A stretch of 64,000 nt of DNA from an uncultured virus (IMG/VR IMGVR_UViG_3300042564_005422) (IMGVR_UViG_3300042564_005422), one strand, 5' to 3'; shown: positions 47,907 to 58,786, numbered from the stretch's first letter. Notes: generated from the letters alone by a model not told the origin. Made by a program: numbers and translations.

Positions 47907-49655
47907 TTATCTCATACCCCCAAATAACCATCCATAATTCTGATAATCACTTTTACTTGGTTGATTATTTGTTTGTTTTTTGTTTGAATCTGTCATTGGG
48001 TCAAAAAATTGTGACCTATAAGTTGGTTCATTATTATTAACTTGCCAAGCTTCAATCATGACTTTTGCCTGCTCACTAACTTTTGTTATTGAAGCAAATG
48101 AAGATTCTCCAATGTACACCGCCATTGCAATTGACATAATTAAATCATCATGTTGTCCTTTTTGGTGGTCAGGTCTACCATTAATATAAATGAACGTATT
48201 CATTTCATTAAGTAATCTATTAGACCTTATAATTAATCCATGTCTCAAATATTCTTCAAACATGGCAATAATTTGTACTCTTTTATTGTTAAAGTTTAGA
48301 CCTGGTATTTTATCTTGAGATTTTGGGTCCCATTTCCATCTATTTGTTGAGTCTAATCCATCAATATATAAATCTTTGTACCCTAACTCTTGTAATTTAC
48401 GAGATGTTGTAACACCCATACCCCCAGTTATATCCACAACAATAAATGCCGAATACATCATCGCCCATTTATAACAGATTTCCGCAAGAATATCAGGTGG
48501 TATTTTACCAACATATTCCGCAACTTGTTCACGTGTTGTAAAATCCAAAATTTGAAATGTCGAATAATCCTCACTATCTCCCCTTGAAACGTCAACACCC
48601 ATAATGTATTTATGTCCAATTTCAGGTTCTTTCCATATCCATAAAGAACCACCAATCATCTTATTGACAGGGTCTTTAATCATTGTTGATTTAATATTTT
48701 CAATAATGTTTGAATCAATTACGTTATCACCCGAACCTAAAAACGCACACTCTAATTCTTGGTTAACTTTTCTTTTATCGTACTTCAATTTTTTAACCAT
48801 TGATTCGTACCAAGAAGAACTAGGTCGATATCCGTCATTAACTAATCTACGTATTTCATCGAAGTCTTTTTCTTTATTAGAGTAATCAATTATTTCAACA
48901 TCTTGATATTCATTACGATTCAAATAGTAATGTATTATGTCTTTAACATTTAATAATTGTAAATCTTTAGCGTACCTTGGGTCTTTCCACCAAACCATTT
49001 CTGAAATTTTAAACTCATTCATACCTTTTAACGCTTGGTCATAAATTTCATAATAAATTGGGTCAAATCCATTAGGAGTAGAAACCACAATAACTTTACC
49101 CCCCGTAGATAACGACGCCATACAAGCCGCCCAAAAATCCCCGTCAGCCTCAATATACGCCGCCTCATCAAATATTAAAATAGTCGGAGTATATCCACGT
49201 AGGGCATCCTTAGATGTCGCAACCGCCTTAACCTCACAACCATTAGTTAATTTAAAGTGTCTTTGTGAATTTTTTTCAGAGGAAAAGGTAACACCAACCC
49301 AAGAAGGCCATTGTTCGGTAAATCCTCTAATTTTATTTGCCACTTCAACGGCAGTATCTAATTTATTGGCAATAATTAATATTTTCTCAGGTTTGTTTTT
49401 AGAAGCAAATATTAATTTTTTTGAAGACCATGCCGCGGTTACAGTGGATACCCCAGCCTGTCTATATTTTAAAGCAATGTTTTCATTATACGTCTCATAA
49501 TCATTTACTAAACCTATTTGGTCAGGAAATAATTCTAATGGTACATATTTTTGAACAGTATTGTCGTAAGTTTGTAAATATGTTTTTAAAGCGTATGGAG
49601 TTGATTTCATACACTTGGTATATTCCAAAATAACTTGTTCTTTAGTTAAATTCAT
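47907..49655 (-). CDS. Terminase large subunit, T4 gp17-like
   Basis: KYRQAGVST (Walker A), LIFDEAA (Walker B), VSTPNG, QELEC.F, GVDVSRG...DYS and HDDLIM. Confidence 0.95.
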   Translation of the reverse strand: MNLTKEQVILEYTKCMKSTPYALKTYLQTYDNTVQKYVPLELFPDQIGLVNDYETYNENIALKYRQAGVSTVTAAWSSKKLIFASKNKPEKILIIANKLDTAVEVANKIRGFTEQWPSWVGVTFSSEKNSQRHFKLTNGCEVKAVATSKDALRGYTPTILIFDEAAYIEADGDFWAACMASLSTGGKVIVVSTPNGFDPIYYEIYDQALKGMNEFKISEMVWWKDPRYAKDLQLLNVKDIIHYYLNRNEYQDVEIIDYSNKEKDFDEIRRLVNDGYRPSSSWYESMVKKLKYDKRKVNQELECAFLGSGDNVIDSNIIENIKSTMIKDPVNKMIGGSLWIWKEPEIGHKYIMGVDVSRGDSEDYSTFQILDFTTREQVAEYVGKIPPDILAEICYKWAMMYSAFIVVDITGGMGVTTSRKLQELGYKDLYIDGLDSTNRWKWDPKSQDKIPGLNFNNKRVQIIAMFEEYLRHGLIIRSNRLLNEMNTFIYINGRPDHQKGQHDDLIMSIAMAVYIGESSFASITKVSEQAKVMIEAWQVNNNEPTYRSQFFDPMTDSNKKQTNNQPSKSDYQNYGWLFGGMR

Positions 49656-49687
49656 AATAATAAATATCTGAAATGATATTAAATAAG

Positions 49688-49710
49688 AAACCCCTCAATG
49701 AGGGGTTTTT
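49688..49710 (-). terminator. Rho-independent terminator
   Basis: AAACCCCTC-AAT-GAGGGGTTT inverted repeat. Confidence 0.7.
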
Positions 49711-49720
49711 AAATATTTTT

Positions 49721-51256
49721 TTAGAATCCTAATCCTGATAGAAAATCTTCATCGTCAAACTGTTCTTCACCGTATTTTTTCTTTTCAACATACGATGGGT
49801 TTTGTTGCATTTTATTTACTAATTTTTTAGATTTTTCAACTAACTGTGTTATAAAATTTTCAGCGAAATTTTGGTCAGTTAATCCTAAAGTGAATAATGA
49901 TTTAGCTAATTCAACCAAAACTTCATATTTTTCTTCAGATAAAAATTTAAGTACAAATGGTGTTAAATCTCTTTGTTCTTGTTTATCGGGTACTAATTTA
50001 TTAAAAACTTTGTAAAATTCCATAAAGAATTTTTCACCATAAACTAAATCGTATGCTTCAATTTCTAATGAACTTGCTTGTTGTTTTGCCAATCTACCTT
50101 GTTCAGTTTTTTCACCACCTGCTGACGTGAAGAACATTGCAACACCTTTTACTAATTCATGAACTAATAATGGTAAAGTCATTGCCCTTGCTCTAATAAT
50201 AAATGGTCCTGTCGGTTGTTGTGATGATGATTGTTGCTGTGTTGGTTTTGGTGTTTCATCCTCTTCTTCATCCTCTTCTTCATCGTCATTTTGACCTTGG
50301 TTTCCGCTCTTAGGTGGTACAACCTCAATCTGACCGATTTGTCCTCCTCCTGTCGTTCCCATAGAACCAATATCAGGGAATAACCAATACATATGTAACA
50401 TTATCGGTTGTAACACGTTAGATAATTCGATAATTCTATCACCACCAGGTAAACTCTCTATCTTATCTTTACATATTTCATAAGCGTTTACATAATAAAG
50501 TGACATACCACGTCTGAATAAGTTAATAATCATTCTTCTAGAAACTTCATCTGAGAATGATTTTTTAGCCGCCTGAATCGCTTCAGGGGACATTTTAAAA
50601 GTAGAATCTATCGCCTTTTTAGCTTGCTCCTCATCAAACTCGACACCCATACTTTCAAACTCCTGTCTCATTTGTTCAAGTTTTTCTTTTTTCTCTTCAT
50701 CAACACTTGCAAATTTTTTCATAATTTCTTCATCAGAAATTTTTTGAACTTTTGCTTTCATTCCTTGTAGTTGACGTAATGCTCCCTGAGTAAACTTACC
50801 ATCTAGTGTTAACTTATTGTCAAAAAACTTTCTGTCAATACCCATCGCCTTTTCAACTGACTCATTGGCGATTTGTTCTAATTCTTCTTGATTTCTTCCT
50901 TGTAGTTGGATTAACTCACCTAATAGGTCACTGACTAAAGAGTATAATTCTCTAAAGGCGGTTTGAGCGTCCTTCTTTAAATTTTGATTACCTCTTGTTA
51001 GTCGAGGAATAACTCCTGAACTTCTGTCCATTAATCTTTCTAAATTCAAAACAGATTCTTTAAATGCTTGTGATGTAAAAAAATCTACTTGAGCTTGAGT
51101 TAATCCAAATTGACTTAATGGTAATTTACCACCTTCAATCTTTGATTGTAAATCTTTACTTGGTCTAGCCCCTCCTAATTCAGGACCAAAACTCATAGGT
51201 GGTGCCTCATTGAGTAGTTTTTTAACTCGTTCTATTAAAATTTTTTTGTTGTTCAT
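49721..51256 (-). CDS. Hypothetical protein
   Basis: 511-aa ORF starting KKILIERVKKLLNE; contains LVHELVKG. Confidence 0.75.
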   Translation of the reverse strand: MNNKKILIERVKKLLNEAPPMSFGPELGGARPSKDLQSKIEGGKLPLSQFGLTQAQVDFFTSQAFKESVLNLERLMDRSSGVIPRLTRGNQNLKKDAQTAFRELYSLVSDLLGELIQLQGRNQEELEQIANESVEKAMGIDRKFFDNKLTLDGKFTQGALRQLQGMKAKVQKISDEEIMKKFASVDEEKKEKLEQMRQEFESMGVEFDEEQAKKAIDSTFKMSPEAIQAAKKSFSDEVSRRMIINLFRRGMSLYYVNAYEICKDKIESLPGGDRIIELSNVLQPIMLHMYWLFPDIGSMGTTGGGQIGQIEVVPPKSGNQGQNDDEEEDEEEDETPKPTQQQSSSQQPTGPFIIRARAMTLPLLVHELVKGVAMFFTSAGGEKTEQGRLAKQQASSLEIEAYDLVYGEKFFMEFYKVFNKLVPDKQEQRDLTPFVLKFLSEEKYEVLVELAKSLFTLGLTDQNFAENFITQLVEKSKKLVNKMQQNPSYVEKKKYGEEQFDDEDFLSGLGF

Positions 51257-52062
51257 CTCTTACCTTTTTTTAACATTCCCATTTTTTTAACTGCCGACAT
51301 AAAACTCTCTAAACCTCTAGCACCTGCCTCAGGTTGGTCATCTGGGTCGGGTGAAATAAATGGGTCATAATCAACATCAGGTTTTACACCAGGTTTTGGT
51401 TTTGTTTTTGGTTCAGGTGTATTAGCCTCAGGTTGGTCATCGGGGTCAGGTGATATAAATGGGTCATAATCTGTATCGGGTTTAACTCCAGGTTTTGTTT
51501 TTGGTTTAACCGCAGGGTCGGCCATTTCTACGTTTTCAAAAATCATTTTCATTATATCAGATTTTGTTATTTTTGGTCTTAAATTTTCTACAATAATACC
51601 TCTAAATTTATCTTCTAACAAAACTTCTATAGGATTTTTTCCTTCTTTAATTGATTTTTTTACACCAACCACACATTTTTCATATTTATCCATTTGTTTT
51701 TTTGTCCAGTCACTTCTTTCTTTCGTACCGAATTCAGCACCCATTACAGAAGTACAAATAGCCCATGGATTTTTTTTCTTTGTTTTTTTACCCTCTTTCA
51801 TCTCAACATTTTTACATTTTGAGTCTGAAGGATTTTGTAAACAAAAATTCGCAGTTTTAACGTCCGTAGGATTATTTTTATCCAACACAATTTTAGTTAC
51901 CTGAACTGCTTCTTTATTTTCTTTTTTTGTTTCAATTAAAAAAGTCTTGAATAATTTTGATATTTCAGACTCAGTCATAAGAGACAATGTTTTTGGACTG
52001 AATCCCATTTTTGTTAATACTTGTTTTTTGTTGACTAAGCTCATTTTACAATACTTTTTCAA
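51253..52062 (-). CDS. Hypothetical protein with a duplicated ~27-aa Pro/Asp motif
   Basis: PK(T/P)KPGVKPD(T/V)DYDPFISPDPDDQPEA occurs twice. Confidence 0.75.
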   Translation of the reverse strand: MKKYCKMSLVNKKQVLTKMGFSPKTLSLMTESEISKLFKTFLIETKKENKEAVQVTKIVLDKNNPTDVKTANFCLQNPSDSKCKNVEMKEGKKTKKKNPWAICTSVMGAEFGTKERSDWTKKQMDKYEKCVVGVKKSIKEGKNPIEVLLEDKFRGIIVENLRPKITKSDIMKMIFENVEMADPAVKPKTKPGVKPDTDYDPFISPDPDDQPEANTPEPKTKPKPGVKPDVDYDPFISPDPDDQPEAGARGLESFMSAVKKMGMLKKGKR

Positions 52063-52426
52063 AACCCAAAATTATGTCTTGGGAGTATAATTTATTTTTT
52101 GTTTCCTCTTCTTTCTCACCAAATCTAAACACCAATCTTTCGTCCTTTTCTTTATCACTTTCCCAACCTAAACAAACAACCCCATCTACCGCATCTTTCA
52201 TTGAGAAATAATCTGAATTTTGTATCAATTCTAATTCTATTCCCCCTTCAGATAATACCCCAACACTTTCTATATCTTCAAGTTCAGGTGGTTTTGGATA
52301 TGAGTTTGCCGGCTCGTGTTCCCAATCCTCTCCCCACACTTCTAAATTTTTTGAGAAAATGAATTCATATCTCATTTCCCCTTTATAATTTGGTCCAAGA
52401 CCATTTATAAAAACTAAATAACTCAT
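52046..52426 (-). CDS. Hypothetical protein
   Basis: 126-aa ORF within the operon. Confidence 0.75.
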   Translation of the reverse strand: MSYLVFINGLGPNYKGEMRYEFIFSKNLEVWGEDWEHEPANSYPKPPELEDIESVGVLSEGGIELELIQNSDYFSMKDAVDGVVCLGWESDKEKDERLVFRFGEKEEETKNKLYSQDIILGFEKVL

Positions 52427-53628
52427 AAAATATTACCGTTAGGAGTAACTTTTACTTGTTGTCCGTTATTTTCAAATATTAAATTTTTCTTTGTTGTTCT
52501 ACCAACAAAATGTAAACTTGGTGCTGCCTCCATTAAATTTTTAGCAACATTAGCTTGTTTTTTTGTCACAGCAAAATCTGTAACATATGAAAATCTATTT
52601 TTTTTGTATTGTTTTTCATCTTTAGACTCAAAGAAATAACCTTTAAGAATGTTTTCAATTTTAGATTCATTCATATTGTACATTTCAAAATTGTCCGATG
52701 CTATTGACGATTTGTGAGCCGGAGCCGATTCACCCATTTCAGGTTGAGTCTGTTCTTCCTCATCCTCAGACCCCATTTCAGGTCCCATATCTTCCTCACT
52801 TGATGAAAAATCCATATCATCTGATGTCATATTATCCTCATCTTCTTCTTCAAATCTAGATACGATTTCTTCTTTATCATCACTCGATAACTCATCTAAA
52901 TTTAAAGCCGACAAAATTGAATTAATTACGTACTTAACATCTTTACCTGTTAAAGGTTGTTCGTCTTCAATTTCTCTAATTTTTTGAGATAGTTTTCCTG
53001 TCAATTTTTGAATATCCTTAAAAGAAGTTTCTTCTTCCCCTTCGTTACCCATTTCAGGCCCCATATCTTCCCCTTCTTCTCCTCCCATTTCAGGTCCCAT
53101 ATCTTCTCCTCCCATTTCAGGTCCCATGTCTTCTCCACCCATATCTTCTCCACCCATTTCAGGTTCAGGTGACGGTGCAGGTGATGGTTCAGCCGCGGCT
53201 GATGGTGGACCCATAGGTGCTGGACCTTGAGGTTCATCCTCCATTTTTGGTTTTGGTGTTTTTAGCAAATATTTTTTGTCTTCATTAAATAAAGAAATAT
53301 TTTCTTCAGTCTCAGTTAATCTGTTAACTTCCTGAGCTATCAGATTAAGTTTTTTAAAGGCCTGAGAATAAGACCTATAATGAGACCTATTTTTCATAGG
53401 TTCAACATAATCAAAATCCTCATTAACTTTTTTCTTAATTACGTATCCCAATTTTTCTTTGTCGATTGAATACGTTTGACCATCTGCCAATACTATTTGG
53501 TATTCACGAGATGATACTTCATTTATTGATTGTGGGATAACCTCTTTATATCTAGCGATTTCCATAATACGTTGAATTTTATCCAACCCTTGTAATTTTT
53601 CGCTACCAACCGGTTTTAACTTACTCAT
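52423..53628 (-). CDS. Acidic low-complexity protein with EMGGEDMGP repeats (prohead core-like)
   Basis: 401-aa ORF with repeats at about 53040-53160. Confidence 0.7.
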   Translation of the reverse strand: MSKLKPVGSEKLQGLDKIQRIMEIARYKEVIPQSINEVSSREYQIVLADGQTYSIDKEKLGYVIKKKVNEDFDYVEPMKNRSHYRSYSQAFKKLNLIAQEVNRLTETEENISLFNEDKKYLLKTPKPKMEDEPQGPAPMGPPSAAAEPSPAPSPEPEMGGEDMGGEDMGPEMGGEDMGPEMGGEEGEDMGPEMGNEGEEETSFKDIQKLTGKLSQKIREIEDEQPLTGKDVKYVINSILSALNLDELSSDDKEEIVSRFEEEDEDNMTSDDMDFSSSEEDMGPEMGSEDEEEQTQPEMGESAPAHKSSIASDNFEMYNMNESKIENILKGYFFESKDEKQYKKNRFSYVTDFAVTKKQANVAKNLMEAAPSLHFVGRTTKKNLIFENNGQQVKVTPNGNIL

Positions 53629-53710
53629 ATTTTTTTACTTTTTAATAAGGCAGTAAAATGCTGTTTTATTTAGTGTTTTATAAATAAATACTTTGAATTA
53701 TGTAAATTGA

Positions 53711-54460
53711 TTAAAATTTTAAATTTTCTTTTAAAGACAGAGATTCGTCTTCAATTTTTGTTTGTAAATTGTGTAATTTACCGATTTGTCCAGAACGTCT
53801 TAAATATTTAAATACTATATTTTCATATGAATACTCTCCACCCTTTTCTAAACCACAAGTTCTAAATTTTTTTAATTTTTTCTTGTAACTTTTAACTAGT
53901 TCAATTGCCTCTTCATCGTCTAAATCTTTTACAATATCTTCAACACCATCAATAATGTTAACCCACTGTGATATTTTTTGTTTTAATAATTTCTTATCAA
54001 GTTTGAATCCTTCTTTTTCGGGAAAAGATAACCATTCATCATTTAATACTGAGTAAACTCCTGAACTCACAGCTTCAGTAGATTTATCCTGAATATATAA
54101 TTCAACATCGTAACCGTAAATTTTTATATTATGAATTTGTGCGAATATTTTTTTCTTAACCTCAAATAATTCTTGATAAACATCTAATTTATCTTGGTCA
54201 AACTCACTAAAGTCGACGATTATATGTAAATCAGCATCTGAAAATTTAGACCAATTATAATTAACCAATGAACCCATTAGAACAATGTCGTCAACAAAAA
54301 AATTGACTCCAACAAATTCTCTAAATAATTCAGCAATTTGAAGTAGTTTTTTTCTTACGTTAGGTTTTAATTTTGTAGATTCACCTTGTCCCTCCCAAAT
54401 GTCAGGACATAATTCATCTTTCACATTAAAACTTTGAAGTATTTCTTTATCTAATTTCAC
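53711..54460 (-). CDS. Pol-beta-superfamily nucleotidyltransferase
   Basis: hGS-x(9)-DADLHI plus a later DVELY; GTG start. Confidence 0.75.
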   Translation of the reverse strand: MKLDKEILQSFNVKDELCPDIWEGQGESTKLKPNVRKKLLQIAELFREFVGVNFFVDDIVLMGSLVNYNWSKFSDADLHIIVDFSEFDQDKLDVYQELFEVKKKIFAQIHNIKIYGYDVELYIQDKSTEAVSSGVYSVLNDEWLSFPEKEGFKLDKKLLKQKISQWVNIIDGVEDIVKDLDDEEAIELVKSYKKKLKKFRTCGLEKGGEYSYENIVFKYLRRSGQIGKLHNLQTKIEDESLSLKENLKF

Positions 54461-54481
54461 AAATAATAAATACTTAAAATT

Positions 54482-54724
54482 TTACAATTTTTTATACTTA
54501 AATTTTTTTGAAATACTTTTACTAAAAAAACTACCTTGAGATTCTGACATTCTGAACTGTGTATATAATTCATGGGGAACATTTTCGTATTCGTATGACG
54601 ACCCATTTTTAAATTCCACAATTAATTTTTTACTTATTGTATCATAATCTGTCTTAGAAAGATTAGATGATTCTATCTCACAAATTATTTTAGTACCCTC
54701 AATTTTTTCACTTTTAATTGCCAT
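54482..54724 (-). CDS. KTSC-domain protein
   Basis: SSNL...YD...L.VEFKNGS.YEY.NVP...Y..F....S.GSFF...I. Confidence 0.9.
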   Translation of the reverse strand: MAIKSEKIEGTKIICEIESSNLSKTDYDTISKKLIVEFKNGSSYEYENVPHELYTQFRMSESQGSFFSKSISKKFKYKKL

Positions 54725-54800
54725 AATATTGTTTTTTTTAAATCATAACATCAAATTATTGAATTTTAAATAAAATAGACTTAATCTTATAAAAAAACTT

Positions 54801-56843
54801 ATGACAGACTCAGTTGAAGACGGAATGAAAAATCCGAAAAAAGTGGAGACTAATAGCAATACTCCTGTTTTAGATAATTTTAGTAGAGACTTAATTAAAT
54901 TAGCGGAGGAAGGTAAATTAGACCCCGTTGTTGGTAGAGAAAACGAAATTATTAGAATTGCCCAAATATTATCTCGAAGAAAAAAAAATAACCCAATAAT
55001 CATAGGTGAACCTGGATGTGGTAAGACCGCAATAGTTGAGGGTTTAGCTATGAAAATATTTGAGGGTGACTGCCCAAGAAATCTTTTAGATAAACGAATT
55101 TTATCTTTAGAAATTAATTCAATTGTTGCGGGTACCAAGTATCGTGGTCAATTTGAAGAGAGGTTAAAAGTTATTTTAGAAGAAATTCAAGCGAATCCAA
55201 ATGTCATACTATTCATTGACGAAATCCACACAATTGTCGGGGCAGGTAACGCTTCTGGTTCCCTTGACGCATCTAACATATTAAAACCTGCGTTATCTCG
55301 TGGTGAAATACAATGTATTGGTGCTACAACTTTGGATGAATACAAAAAACAAATTGAGAAGGATGGGGCGTTAGATAGAAGATTTCAAAAAGTAATAGTT
55401 AGTCCATCAACTAAAGAGGAGACTTTTCAAATTCTTAAAAACGTTAAAGACAAATATGAAAACTACCACAAAGTAATATTTTCAGATAATATATTACAAA
55501 TATGTGTTGATTTGGCGGAGAGATATATTACGGATAGAGAATTTCCAGATAAAGCTTTTGACATTTTAGACGAGGTCGGAGCAAGAGCTCAAGTTGATAT
55601 TAAAAACCCTGAGATTATTGAGGAATTAAAAAAAGAGGCGATGGAAATTAAACAACAAAAATTATTAGTTGTTAAAAAACAAAATTATGAAGAAGCGGCT
55701 AGTTTAAGGGACAAAGAAAAAAAAGTTTTAAATCTTTTAGACATTGAAAAGAAGTTATTTGAGGAGGATTTGTTACATAATAGAAAAGACGTACCTGAGG
55801 AATTAGTTTATGATGTGGTTTCAACCATGACAAAAATCCCATTAAATAAATTAAGTTTAGACGATAAAAATGTTTTAATTAATTTAGAAGAAGAACTTAA
55901 CAAGTCTGTAATAGGTCAAAAAGAAGCGGTTATCAAAATTGCAAAGTCTATTCGTAGAAATCGATTAGGTATTAAAGACCCAAACAAACCAATTGGTTCA
56001 TTTATATTTTTAGGGTCAACAGGTGTAGGTAAAACTTTATTGGCCAAAGAATTGGCAAAACAAATATTTGGAAGTGAAGATAGTCTGATAAGGGTAGATA
56101 TGAGTGAATTCCAAGAAAAACACTCAGTATCTCGATTGATTGGTTCACCTCCTGGATATGTGGGTTATGACGAGGGAGGACAATTAACTGAACAAGTAAA
56201 AACTAAACCATATTCAGTAGTGTTGTTTGATGAAGTTGAGAAAGCACATAAAGATATTTTTTCAGCGTTACTTCAACTTTTAGACGAAGGATATATGACT
56301 GATAGTTTTGGTCGTAAGATTAATTTTAAGAATTGTTTAATAATTATGACTTCAAATATTGGAGTTAAAAAACTACAAGACTTTGGTGCTGGAATTGGTT
56401 TTGATTCATCAAAAAATGTCTATAAAAATGAAGAAGCCAAAAAAGGAATTCTTACTAAAGAGTTAAAGAACTATTTTGCCCCTGAGTTTATTAATAGGTT
56501 AGATGAAATTATAATATTCAACACATTACAAGACGAAGACATTCAAAAAATTGTTTTAGTTGAGGTATCAAAATTAACAAATAGGTTAGTTAAACTTGGT
56601 TACGATATTACATTTGATAATTCAGTTATTGAATATATTTCTAAAGTTGGATTTGACGAGGTATATGGTGCAAGACCATTAAAAAGAGCAATACAAGAAA
56701 AAATTGAAGATTTTGTGTCGGATGAGGTGTTAAAGAATAATATTGAAATTAATGAATCCTACAATATTTCAATTAAAGATGAAGATGTTATCCTTACAAA
56801 AAATAAAACAACTAAAAAAGGGAAAAAGAAAAAGGGGGAATAA
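54801..56843 (+). CDS. clpC: ClpC-like AAA+ unfoldase lacking the N-terminal domain
   Basis: Two AAA modules (GEPGCGKT/FIDEIH and GSTGVGKT/LFDEVEK), a UVR-like middle domain (QNYEEAA.LRD), the GYVG pore loop and an IGF ClpP-docking loop. It begins about 20 aa before LDNFSRDL. Confidence 0.9.
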   Translation: MTDSVEDGMKNPKKVETNSNTPVLDNFSRDLIKLAEEGKLDPVVGRENEIIRIAQILSRRKKNNPIIIGEPGCGKTAIVEGLAMKIFEGDCPRNLLDKRILSLEINSIVAGTKYRGQFEERLKVILEEIQANPNVILFIDEIHTIVGAGNASGSLDASNILKPALSRGEIQCIGATTLDEYKKQIEKDGALDRRFQKVIVSPSTKEETFQILKNVKDKYENYHKVIFSDNILQICVDLAERYITDREFPDKAFDILDEVGARAQVDIKNPEIIEELKKEAMEIKQQKLLVVKKQNYEEAASLRDKEKKVLNLLDIEKKLFEEDLLHNRKDVPEELVYDVVSTMTKIPLNKLSLDDKNVLINLEEELNKSVIGQKEAVIKIAKSIRRNRLGIKDPNKPIGSFIFLGSTGVGKTLLAKELAKQIFGSEDSLIRVDMSEFQEKHSVSRLIGSPPGYVGYDEGGQLTEQVKTKPYSVVLFDEVEKAHKDIFSALLQLLDEGYMTDSFGRKINFKNCLIIMTSNIGVKKLQDFGAGIGFDSSKNVYKNEEAKKGILTKELKNYFAPEFINRLDEIIIFNTLQDEDIQKIVLVEVSKLTNRLVKLGYDITFDNSVIEYISKVGFDEVYGARPLKRAIQEKIEDFVSDEVLKNNIEINESYNISIKDEDVILTKNKTTKKGKKKKGE

Positions 56844-56855
56844 ACCCCCTTTTTT
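56829..56855. terminator. Bidirectional terminator between convergent genes
   Basis: AAAAAGGGGG-AATAAA-CCCCCTTTTT. Confidence 0.75.
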
Positions 56856-56858
56856 ATT

Positions 56859-57689
56859 TTAATTAAAAAATCCTTTTGTTAAGTCTCGAGGAATATGTTT
56901 ATAAACATATTTTGTATTTCCCAACTCCTGAATTAATTTTTTACCTGATTCAATACCTGCAAAAACTTCATCTACAACCACATATTCGTGTTTTGTATGG
57001 TACGAGTGATAACCAACAGAAAGATTGATACATGAAAAATCAAATTTTTGTTTTAATTGCCAAATATCTGTATAAGGATGTTGCATAAATCTTGGTTCTG
57101 ATAACATGTTTTCAGTTAATACTGTTTTAGCGGTAGTGTGAAACGGAGAATCAGTTTCAAACATTTTTACACCAAAACAATATTCTGTAACCATATAATC
57201 ATCAGGAGCATCAAATTGAATTGCGTACCCTACATCATTAAAAAATACAGGGTCAGCCTCTTTTGAGCCAATACAACCAACTTCCTCAGACACAAAAAAT
57301 GCAACTTTTAAAACTTCAAATTCTTCTAAAAGTTGTAAACAGGCAAATACTCCACATTTATCATCACCCCCAATCCCTGTAGGTTCTCCTTCATCATTAT
57401 ACGCTTTCAAACTAAAATTTAAATTCCCTTTGGAATCTTTACGTTGTTCTTCTCTAATATTGATAGTGTCAATAGGGTGTACAGTATCAGTATGAGCAAC
57501 GACACAAGGATAAAATTCGTTTTCTGAAATTAGTCCTTTTGTTACGTATATATTACCCAACTCATCAATTTTAAAAGGGTATTTTTTTTCACTTAAATAA
57601 TCAATTAAAAAATCAATCATCCTATCTTCATGATAAGTGTGAGTTGGAATTGATAATACTGTTTTAAGAAATTCTATATTTTTATCCAT
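56859..57689 (-). CDS. M20/M28/M42-clan Zn peptidase
   Basis: AHTDTV, GGDDKCG, SEEVG, QFD and YH..HT. Start moved to ATG 57689, downstream of a TATCTTTG box. Confidence 0.85.
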   Translation of the reverse strand: MDKNIEFLKTVLSIPTHTYHEDRMIDFLIDYLSEKKYPFKIDELGNIYVTKGLISENEFYPCVVAHTDTVHPIDTINIREEQRKDSKGNLNFSLKAYNDEGEPTGIGGDDKCGVFACLQLLEEFEVLKVAFFVSEEVGCIGSKEADPVFFNDVGYAIQFDAPDDYMVTEYCFGVKMFETDSPFHTTAKTVLTENMLSEPRFMQHPYTDIWQLKQKFDFSCINLSVGYHSYHTKHEYVVVDEVFAGIESGKKLIQELGNTKYVYKHIPRDLTKGFFN

Positions 57690-57703
57690 AAGGACAAAGA
57701 TAA

Positions 57704-58786
57704 TCATTTTTTTGATTCAAACAATTCTGGATGGTATAAATAATTAAAAAAATCTTCGGGTCCCATTGCGGACTGTGCTATTCCATTGTCAGGATTTAAC
57801 CTATTGAATACTACTTTTCCCCCAATTACGTTAAGTAACTTAAATTTTTCGTTCTTTTTTCCAATTTTATTAAAATGTTTTTGGTCAGGTAAACTATACC
57901 ACCTACCAAAATTATAACCTAATTTTGATAATTGATTATGTATTTTAATACTATCTTGTAATGTACCTTCATCTATTTCCTCATCAATTTTGTCTTTTAT
58001 TTTTTCTAATTGTCTTTCTACAGTTCTATTAAATGATTCTGAGTCAAAGTTTTTTTCGTCAAAATATGAGTAATAATCTTCATATAAATCTTCATCAATT
58101 ATTAAATCTCTTTGTATTGCTAAATTATGTAATAAATCTAAAACATTTGAGTCTTCATCAGTATTAGTCATTTTCCATAAAGACATTAATACCGAAACTG
58201 TTGTTAAGTATTGACGGGCACAATCTTTCTCATAAATTCCAAATTCTGAAAATACATCACAAGTTTTTTTTAAAATATACTCCCTTAAACCAACAACTAA
58301 TGACTCATCATAAAGTTCAGCGTATTCGTAATTAATTTGTTCAATTTCATCAGTATATTTACTTAGTAAAAATTGAAACGCCTCGTCATCAGGTTTTCCA
58401 TTATCATCTAATTCAACTAATCCCGGATTAAGTATTTTTAAAATTGATAAAAATAAATTTCTGTTGTCTTCATTAAAATACCACCAACAGGCACCGTATT
58501 TCCACTCATCATCCCCAAAATAATGAGCGTCGACAAATACTGAACCTCCATAATATCCCCTTCTATTAAATGCTACATTGAAATAATAGGTGTTATTATC
58601 AGATTCGGAATTGTCCCCCAAGAAAATTTTTGCAAATTCCTCTTCATAAAATGTTAATGTAACTAACGATTTACCTAAACTATTTTGATTCACTCTACCT
58701 ATTCTAGTGTTATCATCACTCCTCCTTACGTCCCATTCATCGGCCGTACCCTGAATAAATTTTTTTAACGCTTCGTAAAGTTTCAT
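57704..58786 (-). CDS. Hypothetical acidic protein
   Basis: 360-aa ORF with TATTTAT 9 nt upstream. Confidence 0.75.
   Translation of the reverse strand: MKLYEALKKFIQGTADEWDVRRSDDNTRIGRVNQNSLGKSLVTLTFYEEEFAKIFLGDNSESDNNTYYFNVAFNRRGYYGGSVFVDAHYFGDDEWKYGACWWYFNEDNRNLFLSILKILNPGLVELDDNGKPDDEAFQFLLSKYTDEIEQINYEYAELYDESLVVGLREYILKKTCDVFSEFGIYEKDCARQYLTTVSVLMSLWKMTNTDEDSNVLDLLHNLAIQRDLIIDEDLYEDYYSYFDEKNFDSESFNRTVERQLEKIKDKIDEEIDEGTLQDSIKIHNQLSKLGYNFGRWYSLPDQKHFNKIGKKNEKFKLLNVIGGKVVFNRLNPDNGIAQSAMGPEDFFNYLYHPELFESKK

Noticed and set aside
54801..56843. ClpB disaggregase
   Set aside because: The middle domain is short and UVR-like, and an IGF loop is present, both indicating a ClpC-type ClpP partner.
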